Below, piece by piece: positions 53,581 to 64,000 of a stretch of DNA of 64,000 nt (positions within the stretch are counted from its first letter, which is position 1; each line of letters starts with the position of its first letter). The position numbers and the translations under genes are program-made. Origin of the DNA: Vicugna vicugna. Its lineage: Eukaryota. The DNA lies in contig MU058687.1 of NCBI GenBank assembly GCA_013265495.1, positions 4,400,093 to 4,464,092 on the forward strand, given 5' to 3'. The notes below the pieces were generated by a model. The model was not told the origin of the DNA. It was given only the letters and a program-made list of their open reading frames with translations, and did not search any database.

Positions 53581-53612
53581 GCTTCTTGGCTTTTTGGCTA
53601 AGATCAAATGTA
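53581..53612 (+). pseudogene. RNU2: 3'-truncated U2 snRNA retropseudogene (about nt 4-35 of U2)
   Basis: GCTTCTTGGCTTTTTGGCTAAGATCAAATGTA versus mammalian U2 GCTTCTCGGCCTTTTGGCTAAGATCAAGTGTA: 29/32 identical, all differences transitions; flanked by TATTTC(A/G)GGTAG direct repeats. Confidence 0.88.
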
Positions 53613-54058
53613 TTTCGGGTAGTTTTACAAGGAGCCATTCTTGGTCCTCAATGCGTGTGGCCAAGGAGGAGGCAGGAGAGGAAAATGAAGTAGATGTCCT
53701 TCAGGTATTAACTAATTTATGATGGAAATGGAACACAGAAGATCAGATGCCACTGGCCCTTTGCGGACGGAGCTGTAGTAGTGTTAGCCAAGACGAAATC
53801 AATGCGTAAGACTTGGTCTGCAGGGCCTTCTTACCTGTACTCCTATGCTAGCCAAGCGCCTCCTGCAGCTTTGTGGTGAGAGACACCCTCATGGGTTAGT
53901 CATGTCTTCTCGGAAGAAGGGCAGCCTCTGGAAGAGAAGTGCTGGCAGTCATGTGATTACCTAATCCATCACTTGACTCCTGATTCTCAGCTCTTGATTC
54001 CTCGTCTTTCATAGGGTTGCTTCTTAGATCATGGTGACTAGCGAGGAGGAAATAGTGT

Positions 54059-54597
54059 TATATTAGTTATCTATGACTGCAAGACAAAGTATTCTAAAAC
54101 TTACCACCTTCAGATAATATAATGCAGCACAGTTTCTGTGGCTCAGAGATCCATCTGTGGCGTAGCTGGGTGACTGGCTCAGCATCCCTCAAAGGCTGTG
54201 ATCAAGGTGTCAGCCAGGGCTTCAGTCTCAGGCTTAACTTGGAAGGAATCTGTGTCTAAGCTCATTTCTGTGGCTGTTGGTAGACCTTAAGTCTTTGCAG
54301 ATTGTTGGCCAAAGACATCATTCTGTGACACATGGTCCTCTCAATAGGACAGCTTACAACATATTTTCTCTCAGAATAAATGAGAGAGAGAGTGGGTAAC
54401 CAAGATAGAAACCACTGTGTTTTTTTCTTTTTTTAATCTGATCTTGAAAGTGATCCCATCACTCTTGCTATATTCTGTCCATCCCTTAGAAGTAAGTCAG
54501 TAAGTCCAGTGCACACTGAAGGGGAGGGGGTGACATAAGGGCACAGATACCAAGAGGTGGGGATCATTGGGGACCATGCTGCAGACTGCCTCCAACA
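54059..54597 (-). mobile_element. MaLR LTR (MLT1F-like)
   Basis: 'tattagttatctat...caaggtgtcagccagggct...taagtccagtgcacactgaaggggagggg...ccaagaggtggggatcattggggaccat'; 5-bp TSD AGTGT (54054-54058 and 54598-54602). Confidence 0.9.
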
Positions 54598-56509
54598 AGT
54601 GTAAATAGCGTGAAGTGGGAGTTGGAATGCCTGCATTGCAGGGCTTACTGGGGTGACATGTATCACAGTGCCTGCCACAGGGTAGAGCCAAAGAAGATTA
54701 CATCCTATTTCCCAGCACATTGCCTGGTGTATAGTAGGCACTCAACTAGCTATGTGCCTATAAAATTCTATTTTATTAAAAAGATGAGTCTCTCTGTTAC
54801 AAAGAGATTCATGCCTGATATTATCCCCTATAGAAAATTTCCTTCCCGTGTTTCGCTTCTCCAGTGCCATCAAGGGAATGGATTTAAATCTGGAATAATT
54901 ATTCAAAAAATAAGGAATAACTGAAGCTGTTCTAGAGTGACCTTGCTTGAATTATCTTTTTAACCATAATTAGGAATTTCTTCTTTAGGTCAGGGGTCTT
55001 CCATAGCAGATGATAAAAATTAAATTCCCTCCTGACCTAGAAAACGTTCTCTCTGCTAATCTGATCTCACCTGGAAGTTCAATAACCAGGAGGCAAAGCA
55101 CTCTGTATGTATAATCTTAACCACATGGCCTGAAGCACCGGATAGGCAGTCACACCGTGTCCTTTGTGAATCTGGGAAGCAATATTTTTTGACTATTCCT
55201 TCTGAATTCTTCTGTAGTTAAATCCTTGATTTCTCTTACGAAGATGAGAAATGATCATCCTTTGTCAGTTCTGTTGTTAAGGGTATTTATTAGGTTTCTG
55301 CTTCCACATGGGTAAGTAAGAGAAGCACTTCATATTTCACGTGGTTCCTGACCTTTTGGGGTGAACATTGGGAGAGATAACAATGGCCCAGGTGTAAAGT
55401 TGAAAATTAAACTATAGCTGAAATGAAATGCCCTGTAGAACTAGACCTATCCGTTGTAACGCAGATCAGCCCCTTATATGATGTGAGACAGATTACACGT
55501 AACTACTATGTAAGACATAAAATGTGGCAATCACACAGACCTGTCTGTGACACAGTGGTGTGCCGTGTGGCAGGGCTTTGCTCCATTTACATTATGCTCA
55601 GGTAAGGGGACAAAACAGCTGTCAGGGAGTTTGCAACCTGTTTGATCAGGGACACCTACATAGAGAGTTTTGACTTGTTTGATAGGCAAGGATGCTTATT
55701 TGAGGGAGATAGTCAGAAATGTGTGTAGACTTCTGTAGACACCCCAATAAAGCTTTCAGATAATGAAGCTGGTTTTTTATTGGTTGTAATGACAAGATAA
55801 TGAACCTGTAAGATTTTTTTTTTTACTCTGATATGCTTTCTTCAGAATGAAAGTTGAAATATGCCAGGATGTCTGTTGCTGCTATTAGACCCTCAGGGTT
55901 GAGTTGAACTTCAGAGGTCATTGAGGTCATTCAGCCATAAAGGTCTTTTTGTTCAACTCATGACCACGTGAAGTACTCCTGTGGTCACAGTAGCTCCTGA
56001 GGGAAAATAAAGCACAAGTGTGCTGACCAGTGGGAGGGCAGACTCTTGGCAGCTGATCCGTGGGGATAGACTGCTCCCCTGGAAATGAGTGGCAGAGGCC
56101 CATTTCTATTAGAAATATTGCCCAGTGACGTTACATGGTAAAAATCCATCCAAGCTCGCTCTGTATAGCTTCCAGAACCCTAATGCAAAATGATGCCTGA
56201 ACCATTTTATTATAACTGGTCCATGCATGAGGAGACTAAATAAAATGAAGTTTGTTTCAAGATACACATTTTCTAAACAGGCAGGAGAGCAAGAGGTATT
56301 AAAATAAGGTATCATGCAGTTCATTGAATGTATTAACAACTTGGCTGTGATTGTTCATGTTTGCCCTGCTATGTAATGTATAGTTTTGTCAGATTAAAAA
56401 CCCCCTTGGATATAATTTTATTTACACCTACACGTATATTTCTAAGAGATGAATGACCGTTTCTGGGAATACTTAACAAGTAAAGAATCTGCCTTGTTTT
56501 TGCGGCACT

Positions 56510-56630
56510 GCTGCAAGTTAAGTAAATGACTTCCTCTCTTTGGGCCTCACTTCCAGTACTTACAAAGGCAGGAGGTTGCACTGGATGATCTGTAAGGCCC
56601 CTTCTGGCTCTAATATCCTACTAGTCCATG
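56510..56630 (+). mobile_element. MIR3 SINE fragment
   Basis: 'ctctctttgggcctcac...ctggatgatctgtaaggccccttctggctctaa'. Confidence 0.65.
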
Positions 56631-57247
56631 ATTCTTATATAGGGATCCTGGGAGATGATGAAAGAGAGGACCTAACTTCTTTTCTGTCACGAGCCTCTAT
56701 GATTCATGGCACTATGTTTTTGTCCTTGAGTCAAAATTGCTTCTCTTAACAACTGAGCCAGCCTGTATTCCTCTGCTTCTTAAGGAGGTGACTGTGTTAC
56801 TGAAGATCAGTTCTCATCCCAGCACTGCTCTGACTCCTGTACTCGGTTCCTTGGTGCCTTTCTTCTGGAGAATGTCTTCAGCTATAGAAGGCCCCTTTAG
56901 CTGAATTACCAGGTGAATGTTACCAATGCAAAGCTAACTGATACAGGCGTATAATAAAATCTTGGGATTTGGGGAAACAAGTCAATTTGTTTATGAAACC
57001 TCAGACTGATTCGAAACCCATTTCATAGTAAAATGTCTACCTTTATAACTATCCTTTTCTCCACTGCAAAATAACAACTTGAAAGATAATACAAGGATAT
57101 TACTGAAATAGTTCCTTTGTGAAGAAAAGGATATTTAGACAAACCAACAGCATATGTTATTTGATTTCGAAAATTATTACATTAAAGTTAAAACTTCAAC
57201 CACTTAATGAGATCAAAGGTGTTATGGATAACTTAAACTTTCAAATG

Positions 57248-57486
57248 CAGTTGACCCTTGAACAAAGCAGGAGTTAGGAGCACCAACCCTCCCCATAGTC
57301 AAAAATCCACATATAATTTATAGTTGGCCTTTCGTACCTGCTGTTCCTCCCCATGTGCACTTCTGCATTCGCGGATTCAACCAGCTGCAAGTTGTATAGT
57401 ATTATAGCATTTACTATTGGGGAAAAAAAAAACTATGGGTATGTGGACCATGCAGTTTAAACCTGTGTTCTTCCAAGGTTCAACTA
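57248..57486 (+). mobile_element. Tigger2-derived MITE (MER8/Tigger2a-like, 239 bp)
   Basis: TIRs CAGTTGACCCTTGAA ... TTCCAAGGTTCAACTA followed by TA; internal 'gcggattcaacc' motif. Confidence 0.9.
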
Positions 57487-59454
57487 TATATATGTTTTTA
57501 AGTCCTATTATAGCTGCTTGTTTTAACATCCTCTACCCTAAAATTTTGCCCAGAGGTACTCTGAAAAGAATAATAGGTGGATTATAATGTTTCTGCCTCT
57601 TACTCTTCGGAAGAAGTGTCAGTAGGCAGGCAAAGGGATCAAAAGGTATGTGTAAGAGAGAAAGGGCAGTCAGACTGGATCGTCATTCGCTGACTCACTG
57701 CGACTTGTTAGTATGTTAAGATCGCTATGCCGTTCAATCTGATGAAACTGCCTGGAGGAAAAGTGGCAACTCTTCCTCATCAGCCCCCACTGGACGCTTC
57801 TGGGATGGACCACTGGAGGAATCCAGAAGCCACGTGAGGTTGTGGTCTGGTTTGTATGCAAATCTGAAACTGGACACTTTAAAACTCCTGGGTTCTGCAT
57901 GTCCTTGGCTCACTCCCCTCAGAAGCAAGGTCAGTTGTGCTGTCTTGCCTAAGATAAACACGAGGAAGAAGTGGATACCCGAAGGATTTGAAAAGTGGCT
58001 TTAAGAAACGCGCGAGCTGTAGATAAACTCTTCTGTTTGAACTGCAGTAACCAAGTGGAATACATTGTTCTGAGATAGATGGTTTCACAGGTGTCCACTT
58101 GTCTTCAGACTCATTAATTATGTGCCGCTTTTTATATGTCAAAAAAAGATAGGTGGAGCCTCTCTGAGGAGCTTTAATTTGGGAAGAGATCGCCAGAATA
58201 GCAGCAGTGTGCTCGGTGAGGCTAAAGCCCCGTCAGTGAGAATCAGTGGCCAAAGGGAAACTGTTGACATCCATGTTCTAGCAGTTTCTGATTCCCACAC
58301 CAGTTTTTCGTCAGAGTATGCATGGGGAGGTTTTAGGCCCCTTTTTTGTCTCTTTTCCCAGCTCCCAATCTTTTAAGACCCCCAAATATTTCATGTGGAC
58401 ACCTCTTTTGTCTTCTTGCTTTTCAGATACATCACCATCTTCCTCTGCTTTCTGACAGCAGGTCGTGTTGGTGACTTTCTCAGGTCCCATATCCAGCAGG
58501 AGCTTTAGGTGTGAAAAGGAGGCCTATGACAGTTTTCGGATTTCAGTCTCCTGAAACAGAGCCTTGCCAAGCACCTGCCCCCTCACCCTCTGTGTGCGTT
58601 TCGTGGCCTTTGCTTCCCTTCCCTCCAGTGATCTGCCCAGCGACAGCTGGGCCTCCTGATCTAGTGACCCAAACACGGTTAACTGTCTTTTGGTCAAAAG
58701 GATATACTCATCCCATAATATGGTGGTTTATCTTCTATCCCTCTGCCAGCAACTTTTGTTCTGTTTTGATTTTCTGTGTTCTGCACATCTCTGCTTCCCT
58801 TCCCTGTCTCCTGAGCTAGGGATGAGTCAGCCATTCTTCCAGCCTTTCATGGGTACAAGCCTAGAGCAGTTAGTGAAGTTGGTTCCATTATCATTTCCAT
58901 TTTGTGGATGGTAAAACTGAGGCTCAGAGGTCCTATAGTGAGCGAGTGTCAATGCCTGTATTAAGACCAAACCTGCTAACTTGTGATCCCAAATGGTTAA
59001 TATTTAGAATACTTCCCTATTCTGTGCCAGGCATGATACTAGTTAATGGAAATGGAGAAAAAAAGATACGTTTCTGTCCAAGCTCTCCATCTAATGAAAG
59101 AGACAGATGTATAAAACATAAATTACTAGCTAGGACGAAAGTGCTTTTACAGAGGTATGACAACGTTCGGTGTCAGATAAAATAAAGAAGAAGACATACA
59201 TTTTCCTCATTACAAACTGATGCTATCCTAAAATAGTCCAGGTTGTCATAAAACCAGGCTTTACCTGGTTGCTGTCAAACAGTTACTGCTTCCTATGGTT
59301 TACCATAGTCTGTCCCCATGGGTTGTTGAGATGGATGGTATTATAAATAGGAAAGAGGTTTGAAAAGAAATGAGGACAAAACAGTCTTCCACCTCTGCTG
59401 ATGGAGTAAAATAATTCCCTGAATTTGGATTTAATGCTCAAGAGGGAATACAAA

Positions 59455-59590
59455 TAAATATATATATTCACATATATTCATGCATACATATATACACAAA
59501 TTTACATACATATCAATATATGCATATAAAATGTATATATAAACATCTATATGTGTATAAGGATACACACAAATATGATATACACACATA
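59455..59590. repeat. AT-rich (TA/CA)n low-complexity tract
   Basis: Directly visible. Confidence 0.8.
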
Positions 59591-61156
59591 CATCCCACGT
59601 TTCAAGAAGCTGTCTTCTGCTGGCTTCTTAAGGCCCATTAAAATTCCGATGTTTAATAAAATGTATTTGACAGATCAACCCCAATTTTTCGTATATACCT
59701 CCTCACATCTAAGTGCTATATTGTGTGAGGCATTGAATTTATTCTACCTTAGAAGAGAACTTCAAATGGTTGCAATAATCAGAGTCATGGTGAAGACATC
59801 ATAGAAATTAGAACTAGAAAAGTTGTTAAAGACTACCTCTAGTCTGAGTCTATTTCTACACATGAGCACTAAGGTCAAGAGAATGTAAATGGCTTGAAAA
59901 AAGGGCAATAGATGGAACCGTGTTTAGAATTCAGAGCTTCTGTCCTCCAGATGAGTCCTCTTTCTACCTCACCATGCCTTTTGCATCAGGAGGAAATACT
60001 GGAAATCTGTCTAATGTAGACTATAATTGGAGAGAAGTTTAAGCTGAACAAGTAGAATGTAGGCCATACAAAACTTAAAGGAAATTTATACTTGCTTCTG
60101 GCAAATTCATTTAAGAATTGGCAGATTCAGCTAAATAGAATAATTTCCTAATTTTTTAGAAGGGCCAAATAAAGGCCAGATACACTTTAGCATGGATTTT
60201 GCTGTATATTCACAGCCCCAAATAAATGAGATTTTGTTTGGGGTCGGGGAGAACCAAGGATTCTTATTCTACTCAGTTGCTATTTGCATTCATAACATGG
60301 GAAGGCAGGAAGACATTGATAGAACATTTTTTTTTTTCTGCCTCCTTCATTTTTAAATGGACGGTGACATGCTTCACAACAGCATCTCCAAACAAAAGAT
60401 GACAAATTCCCATTTATTTCCCATCAGTGGCACCGTGTGAGATGTTGCACCAAGTCTAACTTGCTGCTTCTAGGGCACAGAGGTTTTATTTCTACAGCAA
60501 TGTGGAACTCCCATAAAAATAGCAATTCCATTGCCAGTCACTCTGTCAGGAGTATTGGCAGACTGAAGAAGACTTATCTGATTCCACTAAAGCTATTAGT
60601 CTGAAACTCTGATCTGTAAATCTGGCTGGGCACCACATGGAGGGGGAAGGAGTGCTGGCCAGAAGCAATGGCTTTTGTGCGTTCTCAAAAACAAAGGTCA
60701 GGTAAAAACACTGGATTGAAAATAGAAATTAGAAATGAAGCAAAAGATGAAGGGAACTTTCACTGTGTTCACTCAGTGTTCCAGGCATTCTGCTAGGCTT
60801 ACATTATGTACTTAAAGCAGTGAACTGGTTTTATCTCTTTTTTTCCTTTATCATCAATTGATGTGTGTGCCCGTGACTACAATATAAACAGTGTTTTGTT
60901 CTTATTGCTTTTGTTTTTCCCTATGTGAAAAATGGGATAATCTCATTAAGGGATGTTTCTTCAAGGTCCCAGTGGGATATTTTGTGACTGGAAAATTCCT
61001 AGAATCTCAAAGGCAAAAATAGTAAAATTGTAGGAACGTATAGGAAAAGTCATTAGGGTTTATTAAGTATAACAGTTTTAAAAATCTCCTTAGAATGGGG
61101 CATTACAACTGTCAGAGCTAAGTTTCATTTGATTTAAATATCAAATATAAATTGCA

Positions 61157-61306
61157 TGGGGGAGTTTTGAGGAGTGATAGAAACATCCTTTAGCCTGATT
61201 GTGGTGGTGGTTACATGAACCAATACATGTGTTAAAATTCACAGAACTGTCCACTGAAAGAAAAAAAAATTCTCAATTTTACTGTATGGTGATTTTTAAA
61301 ATAAAA
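61157..61306 (+). mobile_element. Old L1 (L1MC/ME class) extreme 3' end
   Basis: 'gtgatagaaacatcc...tgattgtggtggtggttacatgaac...gttaaaattcacagaactgt...aattttactgtatg'. Confidence 0.8.
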
Positions 61307-63169
61307 GTGAAACATTTCAATAAAAGGGTGTCAACTCTAAGCCAGTGATATGTTACTGGATGTCTAACAAAAAAGATATTACTTGGTAATGTTGTCAACT
61401 GACTATTAAAGCCTAATTAATGACAAAAAAAGAAGTATCATCATTCCTCACACAAGATAAAATTACCGTCTTTACATCTATTTCTACATTTTTTTTCTTT
61501 CATCCCATCTGTAATAACCCATGACTATTTCATTTTCTATGCCTTCATGCTATTTGGAAAATCAGAAAAAAGAAGGCATTTAAGGATTCGGGGTAATAGG
61601 TAAATGTCCTGGTTGCATCTTCCGTGGTCAAATGTGGTGACTTTGGTTGGCTCTTACCCTTGTCTTCCGCTATGCATCAGTCATCCAGTCTCCTATTGAT
61701 TTTTTTTTAAACAAAGGTCAAGCACGTGTTTGTAGGTGACACCAATTGCTTCAGAGTTTGTCCCGGCTCCTTACTGTCCTGATTTAAACCCCTTGTGGCA
61801 TTTTATACTGCATGGATAGTGATAAATGTGGTGGAGACTGACACAGAAATGTACTCAGAAGTAAGTTTATAGCACTGCCGGGGACCATCTGTTAATGTAA
61901 ATGTTTAAGGTAAAATGCATTAAGGCTTAAGAGCTGACGAGACATTTTATTTGCATCCTGCCTTTGGGATTATGTCTGGGTTCCTGCCTGGTTTTACCCT
62001 TTTATCTGCTGCTATTCATTTGCCTGGATGAAATCCTTAACACATTTGAATTGTATTTTCTGAAATAACTGGATTGAACAATAAAAATCAGGAGTTACGT
62101 TGGCTTTGGGGGGTGGTTTCAAAGTGTTTAAATTAAACACGTTTATATGGCCACTTACCATTTATGATTACTTCCTGTTAAGTGGCTGATGAAATTTGTT
62201 GTCTCCAATGTTGAAATATTAAGCACTATCTTTTAGGGCTATCAATGTCAACCAAAGTGAAAATAATTTATGAAATGAATGACCTGATATTAAAATCACC
62301 CTTAAAGCTATTTGAATTACATTATAATTCTCTAGTGAAGTTTGAATGCACCCATTTTATTTTTAACACTTTGAAGTATATTATCTGAGGAGAAGTTCAA
62401 GTAACACATCTTTACGATTCATAGGAAAATGGTCTTCTTCAAAAGGGAAAATAAAATTCAGCTATGAGATGTAAATCAAAAATACTCACTTTTAGCTTCT
62501 ACCAGGTAATATAATGGCTTGGGCTTTACAGAATGGGTTTTGGGTGCCACAGCCATCCCACCCAAGCACAAGAAAGCACAGAAAAAGAGAGAACAATGAG
62601 GTGAACTAGAGGGAGAGAAGGAGTGAGGTGGAGGCAGAAAAATACTTTGAATACAAAATCATTTAAATAAATGAGTAAGACAGTTTTCAGAATAGGACTT
62701 ACATTGGAGTTTTCTAGAAACCACTGAATATGATGAGTTGAAAAATGATTAGAAATTGTGAATGGTTTCCCCCTGGGTGGATGAGACTACCTGTTCAGCT
62801 GCAGTGATTCTGATGAGCTTGTCTCTTAAGCTTGTCCTTTGAGATCAGCAAGAACGTCCGATTCTCTCATCTCTCATTTGAGCTGGGGCTGATTGATGCG
62901 TAATTAAGATCACTAAGGAGCCAGAGTAAGAGCTGCAGAGTCTCTACATTTTTCCATGATGATTTTCTCTCTCTTACTCTTTTTTAAAGTCCTTCCTTAT
63001 GGTTCTTACGCTATAAATTCTTGATAGCATGATATTGGGGGCAGGGGTTTGTGTTAGTTTGAGAGGAGACATGATAGGGGTTGTGCACAATTTGGAGCCT
63101 GCAAGGAGAAGAGCCAGAAAAAAGCCAAATGAAATCACCACCTCTTAGAGGGGATGAAACCCGGCAGGT

Positions 63170-63320
63170 GACAGAGCCTCTCTCTTTTATTACACAGAGC
63201 AGGAAGCTCCCGAGGACTCCTGAGGCAAAGTGACCTTCTCCAGGTTACACATCTGGTCAGGGGGTAGAGGCAGGAAGGACACCCCAGTCTTCCCACTCCC
63301 AGTTCCTTTTCCTTTCCACT
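63170..63320 (-). mobile_element. MIR fragment
   Basis: 'aagtgaccttctccaggttacacatctggtcaggggtagaggcagg...cccagtcttcccactccc'. Confidence 0.6.
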
Positions 63321-64000
63321 AGGACATCATTCCTTTCTCTAACCTGGGCTCTCCCATTCTCTTTGTAATGCTTGAGGAGTGGGTTTTAACCTTCCTTGTG
63401 TCTACGCTAGGAACTAGGTGCCTGGGAGAGTTAAAAGAACAACACCGAGTAACATCCACCCTTGAATCGTTTCTCCCTTTTTAAATTGAGGGTGCGTGCT
63501 GCAGAGACATAAGTTTGCATAGGAGATGTGAAACTCCTCTGTGGATCACTTAGCACCTAATCTGATGGATAGTGCAGAACCATCATACGTTCTTGAGTTG
63601 TAATATCAGCATTTAATGAGAGAGAACAAGTGGACAGCTTTTCTTCGGTTGTCAAGGACCATGGAGGTAATTTATGTTCATTATTTCTTTTATTAATTTT
63701 TTTCTAATAAAAATAATAAAAATTTTTTGTCATTTATTTGAATTTTTATTTTATTTATTTTATTTTTTTGTTTTTTTCTCCTTTTTCAGTTTTATTAGGT
63801 AGAATTATTGCAGTTCTTTTAACTGTCAAATTAAAATATTGAAACAGGTTTGGACTCCTCTATGAAAAGTTTAATAGTCTGTCTGAAACTCTACAAAACA
63901 TCAGGTGTTCTTTATGGAGATGAGCAGGTATTTATTGAGCCAAAGGCAGAAGTCTTTCTTATATTTCTATCAATGCAAAAAGCCTCATGAAAATTTGAAT

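Noticed and set aside
53581..53612. Functional U2 snRNA gene
   Set aside because: Only ~32 nt of U2 are present; the Sm site and 3' stem-loops are missing.
61736..61866. Plus-strand AG...GTAAGT exon candidate
   Set aside because: Weak donor context (GAA|GT) and acceptor, stop in the frame examined, no recognisable peptide.
1..64000. Prokaryotic-type systems (CRISPR arrays, operons, defence islands), numts, processed protein-coding pseudogenes
   Set aside because: Mammalian repeat-rich DNA with no repeat-spacer array, long coding-like ORF or mitochondrial-like sequence that I could recognise.

Overview
Eukaryotic, moderately AT-rich mammalian genomic DNA, most likely from a camelid: a tRNA-derived SINE resembling the camelid Vic-1 family lies at 35543-35675 and a cetartiodactyl-type L1 3' end at ~14.8-15.1 kb. 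I found no convincing protein-coding exon. The ORF-track entries are short chance ORFs, repeat read-throughs or decayed L1. The window reads as a large intron or gene desert. It is filled with ancient repeats (MIR, L2, L3/CR1, MLT1, MER5/MER20/MER103, Tigger2-derived MITE) and younger ERV1-type solo LTRs with intact target-site duplications (TSDs), separated by repeat-poor blocks rich in homeodomain motifs that may be enhancers. The clearest details are a 3'-truncated, tailless U2 snRNA retrocopy with flanking direct repeats (53581-53612), an A-tail-only insertion with a 15-bp TSD (3440-3479), an ERV LTR nested inside an MLT1 LTR (45.7-46.7 kb), an L3/CR1 element apparently split by L2 insertions (36.9-40.0 kb) and a ~770-bp CA-rich tract. 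I see no evidence of a new biological system. Repeat family names come from recalled consensus sequences and need RepeatMasker/Dfam confirmation.
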